From the NCBI GenBank assembly GCA_030827475.1, contig JAUREJ010000005.1:2128-66127 (forward strand): a stretch of DNA of 64,000 nucleotides, in the 5' to 3' direction. The DNA comes from Poseidonia sp. GTDB taxonomy: Archaea; Thermoplasmatota; Poseidoniia; Poseidoniales; Poseidoniaceae. Each line of letters starts with the position of its first letter. Position 1 is the stretch's first letter. The translations under genes and the position numbers were made by a program. Under the pieces are notes generated by a model. That model ran no database searches. It had not been told where the DNA came from and worked only from the letters and a program-made list of their open reading frames with translations. Of the stretch, positions 38,745 through 47,310 are shown in pieces.

Positions 38745-38752
38745 TGGTATCC

Positions 38753-40960
38753 ATGGGACGTAAAGAAGACAACATCAAGAAGGCCACAGAAGTCATGCAC
38801 GTCCTTCCTCAAATCAGGAACTTGTGTATCGCCGCTCACATTGACCACGGAAAGACCACGCTCTCGGACAACCTCATCGCAGGCGCAGGCATGATGTCCA
38901 ACGAACTTGCAGGTGCTGCCCGCGTGCTCGATTTTGACGAACAGGAATCCGCTCGTGGAATCACGATCAATGCTGCCTCGGCTTCGATGGTCCACTCCGT
39001 CGAAGGTACGGACTATCTCATCAACCTCATCGATACGCCAGGTCACGTTGACTTTGGCGGTGACGTGACGCGTGCCATGCGGGCTGTAGATGGATGTTTC
39101 ATCCTCGCATGCGCCGTTGAAGGACCCATGCCGCAGACAGAGACGGTTGTTCGCCAAGCCTTGAAAGAGAAAGTGAAGCCTGTTTTGTTCATCAACAAGG
39201 TCGACCGCCTCATCAACGAGTTGCAGGTGACGCCCGACGACATGATGGCCCGGTTCACCGAGACCATCAAAAAGGTCAACAAACTCATCAAGCAATTTGC
39301 CCCCGAAAACAAAAAGAAGGACTGGCAGGTCTCTGTTCAAGACGGAACGGTAGCATTCGGTTCTGCTTACCACAACTGGGGGATTACTGTCCCTTACATG
39401 GCCAAGTCAGGGATTTCTTTCAAGGAAATTTTCGAGTACTGCAACAACGAGGATCAAAAGTCCCTCGCTAAGAAGGCCCCCGTACACGAGGTTCTTCTCG
39501 ACATGGCAGTGACCAAACTCCCCGGACCCATCGAGGCTCAAAAGTACCGTATTCCCAACATCTGGACCGGGGACCTGGATTCCGAAATAGGCCAAGCCAT
39601 GCTCAATTGCGACCCCAATGCCGAACTCGCTATGATGGTCACCAAGATTTGGATGGACCCGCACGCTGGTGAAGTCGCTGTCGGTCGCGTGTACTCCGGT
39701 TCAGTTAACCAAGGCGAATCGGTGTACGCCATTGGTGCCGCCAAATCCGAGCGTGTTCAGCAGGTCGCCATGATGGTCGGTGGGGACCGAATTACCGTCC
39801 CTAAAGTCGTTGCTGGAAACATCGCTGCCGTCACCGGTATCCGGTCAGCAGCTGCGGGTGTGACGCTGTCCAAAAACAAGGACTTCACGCCCTTTGAAGC
39901 CATCCGCCACTATTCCGACCCGGTCGTGACCGTGGCCGTTGAGCCCAAGAGCATGAAGGACCTCCCCAAGTTCATTGATGCACTTCGCTCCCTCGCCAAG
40001 GCCGACGCGTCTTTGCAGGTGACCACCAACCAAGAAACGGGCGAAGCGCTGCTCGCAGGTATGGGTGAACTCCATTTGGAAATCACCGTTTACCGCATTG
40101 AGGAAGAACAGAACATCAAGGTCAAAGTGAGTCCGCCCATCGTGGTGTATCGGGAAGGTATCCAAGGATCCAACCGAGGAAATGCGTTTGAGGGCAAATC
40201 TCCAAACCGCCACAACCGGTTTTTCTTTGAAATCGAAGCCCTCCCCACCGAGGTCGTGGATGCACTCCGTGCAGGTGACCTCGGTGATGGACCTGTTCGG
40301 AGCAGCGATTCAAAGGAGGTTGGGAACAAGTTCGGCGAATACGGAATGGACAAAGATGTGATGAGAAAGATTTACGCAATCAAAGGCACCAATGTCCTCG
40401 TCAACGATACCAAGGGTATTCAAAACCTTCACGAAACCCGTGAGCTTATCATTGAGGCGTTCAATGAAGTCTGTGTCAAAGGCCCCATTGCTGACGAACC
40501 CGTTCAAGGCATGTTCGTCCGCCTTGTTGATGCAAAGTTGCATGAAGATGCCATCCACCGCGGCCCAGCCCAAACCATCCCAGCGGTTCGTAACGGAATC
40601 AAGGGGGCCATGATGCGTGCACGCACCGTCTTGCTTGAGCCCATGCAGAAGGCCTTCATTTCTGTCCCAAACGACTGGCTTGGTCAGGTCACGCGTGAAG
40701 TCACCACCCGTCGAGGTATCATCGAAGACATGCCGTCAGAAGGCAACGTCACCACCGTGGTTGGCGTGATCCCAATCGCCGAGACCTTTGGGTTCTCCAA
40801 CGACATTCGCGCAGCATCGCAAGGTCGGGCCGTTTGGAACACGGAAAACCTCGGTTTCGAGATTCTTCCACCCCAACTCTTCGACAAGGTCGTTGGAGAA
40901 ATCCGGCAGCGTAAGGGCCTCAAGCCAGAGCCCAACCCCGAATCGTATTACGCCGATTGA
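38753..40960 (+). CDS. fusA: Translation elongation factor 2 (aEF-2)
   Basis: IRNLCIAAHIDHGKTTLSDNL, DTPGHVDF, NKVDR, and the diphthamide-loop region HEDAIHRGPAQ. Confidence 0.95.
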   Translation: MGRKEDNIKKATEVMHVLPQIRNLCIAAHIDHGKTTLSDNLIAGAGMMSNELAGAARVLDFDEQESARGITINAASASMVHSVEGTDYLINLIDTPGHVDFGGDVTRAMRAVDGCFILACAVEGPMPQTETVVRQALKEKVKPVLFINKVDRLINELQVTPDDMMARFTETIKKVNKLIKQFAPENKKKDWQVSVQDGTVAFGSAYHNWGITVPYMAKSGISFKEIFEYCNNEDQKSLAKKAPVHEVLLDMAVTKLPGPIEAQKYRIPNIWTGDLDSEIGQAMLNCDPNAELAMMVTKIWMDPHAGEVAVGRVYSGSVNQGESVYAIGAAKSERVQQVAMMVGGDRITVPKVVAGNIAAVTGIRSAAAGVTLSKNKDFTPFEAIRHYSDPVVTVAVEPKSMKDLPKFIDALRSLAKADASLQVTTNQETGEALLAGMGELHLEITVYRIEEEQNIKVKVSPPIVVYREGIQGSNRGNAFEGKSPNRHNRFFFEIEALPTEVVDALRAGDLGDGPVRSSDSKEVGNKFGEYGMDKDVMRKIYAIKGTNVLVNDTKGIQNLHETRELIIEAFNEVCVKGPIADEPVQGMFVRLVDAKLHEDAIHRGPAQTIPAVRNGIKGAMMRARTVLLEPMQKAFISVPNDWLGQVTREVTTRRGIIEDMPSEGNVTTVVGVIPIAETFGFSNDIRAASQGRAVWNTENLGFEILPPQLFDKVVGEIRQRKGLKPEPNPESYYAD

Positions 40961-40970
40961 GGTCGCTCAA

Positions 40971-41432
40971 ATGGTGGCGAGGGCGGTTGGCCTTCACGTC
41001 AATCCCCACGGAGGCGTGCCCAAATACCCTGTTGACCACCTCATCGTTCAGGCAAACGGTTGTCTCGGAGATAAACAACGGAACACGCGCTACCATGGCG
41101 GGCCGGACCGTGCCGTGTGTATCCTCCTCACTTCGGTCCTGGAGAAACTTCAAGCCGACGGTCACCCCATTGAAGCGGGGAGCACCGGTGAAAATCTGCT
41201 CATCGACGGTTTGCATCCTGAATCATTGCATGCAGGTTGCCGATTAAACGTCGGGGAGGTAGTTTTGGAACTGACGGGTGACGCACCGCCTTGCAAAACA
41301 ATCGGTTCATCGTTTGAGAACGGCATGTTCAGAGCATTAAGTCACAAGCAAACCCGTGGACAAACACGTTGGTACGCGAGGGTTCTTGTTGAAGGGACCG
41401 TTCGTTTGAACGACGGTGTGCACCTTCAATGA
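40971..41432 (+). CDS. MOSC-domain protein (YiiM-like)
   Basis: GGVPKYPV..GDKQRNTRYHGGPDRAV..GENLLIDGL..PPCKTI are MOSC beta-barrel motifs including the conserved Cys. An ATG at 40971 lies in frame in track ORF 40788..41432. Confidence 0.75.
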   Translation: MVARAVGLHVNPHGGVPKYPVDHLIVQANGCLGDKQRNTRYHGGPDRAVCILLTSVLEKLQADGHPIEAGSTGENLLIDGLHPESLHAGCRLNVGEVVLELTGDAPPCKTIGSSFENGMFRALSHKQTRGQTRWYARVLVEGTVRLNDGVHLQ

Positions 41433-43213
41433 AGCCTCGCGAGTTGGAAATCGGTCAACTCTCGTAGGGCAACCAAAGCAGGGCCGTCATCGATTCGGTC
41501 AAGGCAAGCATGCGCTTGCGAATGAAACGCCTCAGCCATTTCTCGAGCGTAAGTAACGGAGCCCAATTCTTTGAGCGCCTCCAGACCATCGCTGAGCGCA
41601 GCGTCTCCAATTGAATCACCTTTTCCGAGAACGGCCAGGAGTCGGTCTTTTACTGGGCCTTCAGGTTGGCGAAGAGCGTGAATGACCATCAGTGTGCGCT
41701 TTCCTTGGGCTATGTCAGAGCCAGCCGGCTTGCCCAAGGTTTCTGAATCTGAGAGAACATCGATGATGTCGTCCATCAGTTGGAAGCAGAGTCCGACAGC
41801 CTTGCCCCAATCAGCCATCAACTGGACGGTTTCCTCATCAGCACCCGATATGCGGGCCCCGATTTCAGCACAAATTAGGAACATGACAGCGGTTTTTCCT
41901 TCGATCATCTCCAAGTATTCATCTTCCGAAACGCCGATTCGGTCTTCAAATTCGATGTCCAACTGTTGGCCTTCGCTCACTCGACGAACCATCCATGCGA
42001 TGCGGTTGACCAACGGTGCGACATCGGTTGGCTCAAGATTCTCCGCTTGAACAAGGCGTTCAAAAGCGATAGCGAGCATCGCATCGCCAGCGTTGATCGC
42101 CGTCGGCATGCCGTATTCCACGTGAACCGCGTTTCTTCCCCGACGAATTTCGTCATCGTCCATGATGTCATCATGGACCAGCGTGAAATTGTGAACGGTT
42201 TCGATGGCCGCTCCAATATCAAGGAGGCCAGAATGGGTTTCCCCGACAGCCTTTGCAATGAGCCAAGGTAGTGTGGCTCGCATGCGTTTTCCACCGCCTT
42301 CAACGAGGTGCATCATGGCGTTAGCCAACCGTTCATGACGTGATGCTCGAAGACTTGCTTCAATCCTCGCTTCAATGAGAGGTTTGACTTCCATGATGGA
42401 GGTGAGCAAATCAGCCCCTTCTGCACCCGGTAGCATGTGGCTGATGTCTCCCATGTCGTGGATGTTGTCGTTGGCCAGTTCGGCGAGTTTGGAGGGATCA
42501 GCGTGGTGACTCCACCAATCTTTGGTCATGATGCGTGCTGCGATGGAACGGAACCACGGTGCTACGGCGTTTTGGGGGGGGCGTTCTTCAATGAGCATGG
42601 CTTCCAGAGCATCCCGGCTTACCCACATGATGTCGGAAACCTCGTTTGGATTTGGTTTCAATTCAACATCGGCCGTCATGACCAAGATGTGGTCGATTTC
42701 GCGTTCGATCCATTCAGCATTCATTCGAGATGCGTATCGCATTTTTGTCATGAAGGTCATGTCGTCTTCTGAAATTTGGGTTGGGTCAATGCCCAGTTCT
42801 TGTTCTAATTTTCGAACGGCGGCCCGTTTCACGCCCATGGCATTGGTTTCGTCCAGCTCAGCTTCTGCGTGGAGCGGGTGCGAGCAGCACGCATTGGCCC
42901 ATACGCCTGGGAAGGTGACTTTGTCCATCGACCGGCGTTGGAGGAGCATCTCACCTTTTGAGTTGAACAACAGCAGACTAAACGCACGGTGGAATGAACC
43001 GGCCCCTCGGTGCGCTTCTAATTTCGAGAGCGGTCCAATGACCTTGTCCCACTCGTCCACCTGAATGACGGCTTCAGCCATGAGCGTAATCTGTGCCTCA
43101 TCTTTATTCAAGAGCGATGAGCGGTCGTCCTCGGACAATTCAACATGCGGGACATCCTCAATGTTGTATCCCGCCATAGTTTCACCGACCTGACGTGGTC
43201 GCGGAGGATACAT
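41426..43213 (-). CDS. Fusion protein: type-1 isopentenyl-diphosphate isomerase (Nudix-type IDI) + geranylgeranyl/polyprenyl diphosphate synthase
   Basis: The N-terminal half reads HRAFSLLLFNSKGEMLLQRRSMDKVTFPGVWANACCSHP (IDI1 signature). The C-terminal half carries LVHDDIMDDDEIRRGR (FARM) and FQLMDDIIDV (SARM). It is one uninterrupted 595-aa ORF. Confidence 0.85.
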   Translation of the reverse strand: MYPPRPRQVGETMAGYNIEDVPHVELSEDDRSSLLNKDEAQITLMAEAVIQVDEWDKVIGPLSKLEAHRGAGSFHRAFSLLLFNSKGEMLLQRRSMDKVTFPGVWANACCSHPLHAEAELDETNAMGVKRAAVRKLEQELGIDPTQISEDDMTFMTKMRYASRMNAEWIEREIDHILVMTADVELKPNPNEVSDIMWVSRDALEAMLIEERPPQNAVAPWFRSIAARIMTKDWWSHHADPSKLAELANDNIHDMGDISHMLPGAEGADLLTSIMEVKPLIEARIEASLRASRHERLANAMMHLVEGGGKRMRATLPWLIAKAVGETHSGLLDIGAAIETVHNFTLVHDDIMDDDEIRRGRNAVHVEYGMPTAINAGDAMLAIAFERLVQAENLEPTDVAPLVNRIAWMVRRVSEGQQLDIEFEDRIGVSEDEYLEMIEGKTAVMFLICAEIGARISGADEETVQLMADWGKAVGLCFQLMDDIIDVLSDSETLGKPAGSDIAQGKRTLMVIHALRQPEGPVKDRLLAVLGKGDSIGDAALSDGLEALKELGSVTYAREMAEAFHSQAHACLDRIDDGPALVALRELTDFQLARLH

Positions 43214-43231
43214 GAAGAGTTCTCTGCCATC

Positions 43232-44041
43232 TTATGCGACCAATCTCGTGCCCCTGACCGAATGGCCAAGACAAGCATCAGCAACTCTTTCTTGCGCCTC
43301 ACCACAGACCAAGATGACTTCCACACCGTGGGCAAGCACGAGAAAACCCCGTTCAACCTTCAATCCGATGCCTCCAGTGACATCGATTTCAGAGGCATGG
43401 TCGCCCCTAAAGACCTGCTCCCTTTCCAAGGTCGTCAAGAGATGCTGTTCCCTTCCTGGTTGAGGAGGTTCCGCCAAGACACCGTCAACACCGCCCATTG
43501 CGAAGACGAGGCGTTTGACTCGTGGCAATTCAACGGCGAGGCGGACGACGAGGTCGTCGCCAGAGAGAATGCCAAATTCCGAATCACCATCGCACTCAAC
43601 AACATCCCCGTAGGTCACAAGCACGATGCCCGGGGGGGCGTCTTGGAACAACGAGAGGTCACCGTTGAAATGTGGTCCGGTGTTTCGCGCCCATTGGTGG
43701 GGTGGAAGCGTGACTGCACTGATGTCACGTTTGGTGAGTGCGTTCATCACATGCTCGTTGAGGTCGAGCATGTCTTGGCGAACTTCCTCGACGGCTTCAT
43801 CTTGCGTCAGTTCGCCTTTGATTTCTTGAGCATTTACTCGTCCTTCAGCAAGGCGGTATTGTTTCGCCTTGAGATGGCCGAATGAACCCGCTCCATGAAC
43901 GAGGACCACGTCCATTTCGTTGTCCAAACATCTTTCAAGTTGTTCAGCGAGTAGGTCAAGAACATCGATTCGAGGCGTCTTCAATGCTGCCTTGTCAGTG
44001 ATGAGGCCACCGCCCCATTTGATGACGACGCGGTCTCGCAT
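43232..44041 (-). CDS. Isopentenyl phosphate kinase (amino-acid-kinase fold)
   Basis: VIKWGGGLITDK and VLVHGAGSFGHLKAK. An ATG at 44041 gives 269 aa. The ORF opens at 44158. Confidence 0.8.
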   Translation of the reverse strand: MRDRVVIKWGGGLITDKAALKTPRIDVLDLLAEQLERCLDNEMDVVLVHGAGSFGHLKAKQYRLAEGRVNAQEIKGELTQDEAVEEVRQDMLDLNEHVMNALTKRDISAVTLPPHQWARNTGPHFNGDLSLFQDAPPGIVLVTYGDVVECDGDSEFGILSGDDLVVRLAVELPRVKRLVFAMGGVDGVLAEPPQPGREQHLLTTLEREQVFRGDHASEIDVTGGIGLKVERGFLVLAHGVEVILVCGEAQERVADACLGHSVRGTRLVA

Positions 44042-44099
44042 GGCCGTGCGAAGGAATGGAGCATCATGAGGCTGCCGTTTTTTTGAGGAGCAAGGATTC

Positions 44100-44462
44100 A
44101 TGAGGCATCGTGGTTCAGCGCGAGCCATGAGCGATGAGCCAACCGTTGACGCTTTCATGCGTCATTTGCAAGTTTGCCTTGAAGAGGCACGAACCATTGC
44201 AGACGGGAAAGAGCGACAAGAGCGTTGCTGGCAGTTGGAATCAGCGCTCCAAGAAGCCATCATTTACAAAAATCGAATCGAGGAATTGCAACGTCACGGT
44301 TTGGATCCCGTTCGGCTTGTCGAGGGCGATGGCACCAACACCCCTGCGCCGGCTCCGAAAAAGGTTGAGGCATTGATATCCGGTCACGTCCATTGCGGGA
44401 CATGTCGGGCCGTTCTCGAGCCTGATTTGGCGTTCTGCCCTGCCTGCGGCGCAGAAAAGTGA
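44100..44462 (+). CDS. Hypothetical coiled-coil protein with a C-terminal zinc ribbon
   Basis: 120-aa ORF ending HCGTCRAVLEPDLAFCPACG. No family recognised. Confidence 0.4.
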   Translation: MRHRGSARAMSDEPTVDAFMRHLQVCLEEARTIADGKERQERCWQLESALQEAIIYKNRIEELQRHGLDPVRLVEGDGTNTPAPAPKKVEALISGHVHCGTCRAVLEPDLAFCPACGAEK

Positions 44463-44467
44463 ACGAA

Positions 44468-45166
44468 TCACTCCTCTTCTTCTCGAACCCATTCCTCGAT
44501 AACCTCGAGAATCAGTGGGTCTTCAGGATCGACTTGGTAGAGATACTCCCCTGGGACTTCATCGGTCAGGAACACCGTCGTTCCGGCGCGATAGATGGTG
44601 TGGCCGTCTGCAATGGCACGAACGGTGTCAACTTCCAGAATGGCTGGACGGTCAATACGAACGTGCCCGGCTTCCATGGCGTTTTGGATTGAACGGGAGA
44701 GGTGAACATTTTTACGGTCACCTGAGGTAATACCGTATTCAAGCATGGTCGCTACTTCGTCTGCTTCACATGGATAGAACAAGGCTTCGGGAATGTCGTC
44801 CGTAGGCAAGTCGAGATCCAGTTCAATGGAATGGCCGTATGTTGCACGAATCATGCCGTTTTCAACTTGGTATCGTCCTTTCTCATCGGCATTGGCAATC
44901 GCTTCGAAGTGCCATCCGCGCAACCAGTGGTAGTGGCGACGTTGATTGCCGATGGCCTCCGAGAGCTCTCGCGAGTTCACCCAACCGTTGATGTCCATCT
45001 CGACGTTGAATTTCTCCGGTGCGTGGCGCAAAACCAAGGCCAACATGCGACCAAGTGAGTTGGCTTCCCGGTCGCTCATGATGAATTTTCCTTCATCGTT
45101 GCAAACAGCACAGTTGGTTCCTGAAAAGTGTCCATGGCTTCGGCATTGGCGTAGCATAATGTCCAT
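44468..45166 (-). CDS. kptA: RNA 2'-phosphotransferase Tpt1/KptA
   Basis: SLGRMLALVLRHAPEKFNVEMDINGWV and MIRATYGHSIELDL (Tpt1 R-H-R-R context), plus an N-terminal Cys/His cluster (CRSHGH..CAVC). Confidence 0.8.
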   Translation of the reverse strand: MDIMLRQCRSHGHFSGTNCAVCNDEGKFIMSDREANSLGRMLALVLRHAPEKFNVEMDINGWVNSRELSEAIGNQRRHYHWLRGWHFEAIANADEKGRYQVENGMIRATYGHSIELDLDLPTDDIPEALFYPCEADEVATMLEYGITSGDRKNVHLSRSIQNAMEAGHVRIDRPAILEVDTVRAIADGHTIYRAGTTVFLTDEVPGEYLYQVDPEDPLILEVIEEWVREEEE

Positions 45167-45273
45167 GCGGGTGAGGCCTGTTCAAGAACCCTGCGGGTTA
45201 AAAACCCGATGAAACTCACGAGAGAGGTCTTCTTCGCCGTGGGTATGAAATGCTGGCGTTGGTTGCATGGGTC

Positions 45274-46446
45274 ATGGTGGATGTGGCCGTTGTCGGCGCA
45301 GGGCAAACCCGTTACGGTAACCACGCCCTTGGCTTAAAGGGGATGTGGGCGGAAGCCGCCCGAAGTGCCTTTTCGAGCATTGACGGCGACTTTGATGTAA
45401 AGTCGGTTGATGAAGCGTACATCGGCAGTTTAGCTTTTGGAGGTGCCCAACTCGGAAACACCGCAGCCCTCTTGACCGAACACTCCGACATGGAGGGTGT
45501 CCCCGTTCGGAGGGTTGAGAATGCCTGCGCCTCTTCTGGTTTTGCATTTCGAGATGCGTGGATGGCGATCAAAAGCGGTCAAGCCGATATCGTTGTTGCA
45601 GGAGGCATTGAAAAAATGAACGATTTAACACCTGAGCGCCGTAGATATTGGCTCGGTGTCTCTGGCGATACGGAATGGGAGCGGCTGGCTGGGCTCACGT
45701 TTCCGGGGACTTACGCTCTCATGGCTCGACGTTATTTCCATGAATTCGACGCAAGCCATGATGATTTGGTCCATGTTACCGTCAAAAACCACCTTCACGG
45801 CTCACTGAACCCGCTCGCTCATATTCAAAAGGAGGTCTCGTTCGAAAAAGCCGCCTCTGGCTTCATGGTTGCTGACCCGCTCACCCTTTACGATTGTTGC
45901 CCCACATCGGACGGGGCCTCGTGCGTTGTTTTGGCTGCGGACCATGTTGCGAAGCGGATGACGGACACACCCGTTTGGGTTCGGGGCTCAGGCGCCGCTT
46001 CCGACCACCTTGCACTCCATGACCGCCCATCCATTACGCAACTCAAAGCGACCCAAACAGCGGGAAGAAAGGCCTACGAAATGGCAAATCTGAAGCCTCG
46101 GGACATCGATATTGCCGAGGTTCATGACTGCTTTACCATCGCTGAAGTGTTGGCTACCGAAGACCTTGGTTTTGCTGAACGAGGTCATGGCGGTCGCTTT
46201 GCACGGGAGGGCCAGGGTGTCATCAATCAGGGAAGCGTTGCGGTGAACGCAAGTGGAGGGCTCAAATCCAAAGGCCATCCGCTCGGGGCAACCGGGACCG
46301 GTCAGGTGGTTGAGGTGTTCAAGCAACTGCGAGGTCAAGTGGAGTCTCAACGGCAAGTGAAGGATGCTGAAGTCGGCTTAACACACAACGTCGGCGGTTC
46401 GGGCGCGACGTGTGCCGTTCATGTTTTTGGGAGGGACCGACCATGA
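45274..46446 (+). CDS. Thiolase-superfamily acetyl-CoA acetyltransferase (archaeal SCP-x-like type)
   Basis: VAVVGAGQTRYG, ENACASSGFAFRDAWMAIKSG (active-site Cys context), EVHDCFTIAE and GGLKSKGHPLGATG. Confidence 0.85.
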   Translation: MVDVAVVGAGQTRYGNHALGLKGMWAEAARSAFSSIDGDFDVKSVDEAYIGSLAFGGAQLGNTAALLTEHSDMEGVPVRRVENACASSGFAFRDAWMAIKSGQADIVVAGGIEKMNDLTPERRRYWLGVSGDTEWERLAGLTFPGTYALMARRYFHEFDASHDDLVHVTVKNHLHGSLNPLAHIQKEVSFEKAASGFMVADPLTLYDCCPTSDGASCVVLAADHVAKRMTDTPVWVRGSGAASDHLALHDRPSITQLKATQTAGRKAYEMANLKPRDIDIAEVHDCFTIAEVLATEDLGFAERGHGGRFAREGQGVINQGSVAVNASGGLKSKGHPLGATGTGQVVEVFKQLRGQVESQRQVKDAEVGLTHNVGGSGATCAVHVFGRDRP

Positions 46447-47273
46447 CTGAGGAGGTTTGGATGGGCTATCTCGTGGACCATTGCACCAACTACACGGTCG
46501 TTCAATCCCCCTTTGTTTTGGGCGAGGAACGCGTCTTTGGTGCGGACAGCGACGCCACGACCCTCTCGGTTGCGGCTATTCTCCATCGGCTCCAACATGA
46601 TGCTATTGCGTCGGTTGCTGTGCCCGATGGGATTGATGCAGACACTGTTTCGACGGCTTGTAACGTCCATGTTTGGGACGAAGAATCGGAGGCCGGTCCC
46701 GAATGGGATTTGCTGTTGAGCGAGGAAGCCATCATCGTGCTTGCACGGCCAGGTGCGGATGTTGAAATTTCTGTCATGGACATGGCTGTTGAGGTGGACC
46801 GACCTTTCCACGAGGCCATCCTCACTGCTTGGGAGATGGAACTGAACACACTTCATGTGAGTCAAGGTGCGTACGTGTCTCAAGCACAATACGTTGAAGC
46901 AGCCAGCTCGAGGCTGTCGCTTTCGGGACAAATAGGGGCCAACGGTCCCGTATGGCCACCACGCTATTCAGCCCATGGGCCCGTGAACGGAAACGGCGTC
47001 CACAAATTAACGCCCAACGGACATGTGCTGTCGTGGACCACCCTCTCGGCAGCAGGCTCACCATCAGAATTTTCACTTCGGGCCCCCTTGCTTGGAGGCG
47101 TAAGTACCGTTTTACTCGAACTCACCGACGGGCCAAACGGGGTGTTTTTGATCGTTGACGACGAGGAACCCGAATTGTCCATGGATGCGCCGATGGAATT
47201 GGTGGTTCGCCGGATTTACGCGCAAGAGGGTTTCATCCGGTACGGTTTGAAGGCCCGTCCCATGTCGGCATGA
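46443..47273 (+). CDS. DUF35/OB-fold (thiolase-associated) protein with a ~150-aa N-terminal extension
   Basis: C-terminal WPPRYSA..GHVLSWTTL..GGVSTVLLELTDGPNGVFLIVDDEE..MELVVRRIY matches the DUF35 OB fold. Its ATG overlaps the thiolase stop (ATGA). Confidence 0.65.
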   Translation: MTEEVWMGYLVDHCTNYTVVQSPFVLGEERVFGADSDATTLSVAAILHRLQHDAIASVAVPDGIDADTVSTACNVHVWDEESEAGPEWDLLLSEEAIIVLARPGADVEISVMDMAVEVDRPFHEAILTAWEMELNTLHVSQGAYVSQAQYVEAASSRLSLSGQIGANGPVWPPRYSAHGPVNGNGVHKLTPNGHVLSWTTLSAAGSPSEFSLRAPLLGGVSTVLLELTDGPNGVFLIVDDEEPELSMDAPMELVVRRIYAQEGFIRYGLKARPMSA

Positions 47274-47310
47274 CAAAGGATTCATAGAAAGCAAAGTTCA
47301 CCGAAGTTGC

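Noticed and set aside
38458-38752. Possible 5S rRNA or SRP (7S) RNA gene on the minus strand of the S7/EF-2 spacer. Local strings CCUGAACCGGGUUCUUAAG and GGAAGCAACGG / GGAAGCACCAGG resemble 5S loop C and SRP helix 8 elements.
   Set aside because: For 5S, the only terminal pairing I could find gives an ~88-nt molecule, which is too short, with a weak helix I. For SRP, I could not fold a GNRA-closed helix 8 around either GGAAGCA string. I keep it only as an unclassified structured spacer, and a covariance-model scan is needed.
38717-39373. A 218-aa minus-strand ORF over the EF-2 5' region.
   Set aside because: It is antisense to the EF-2 G-domain (AHIDHGKTT, DTPGH).
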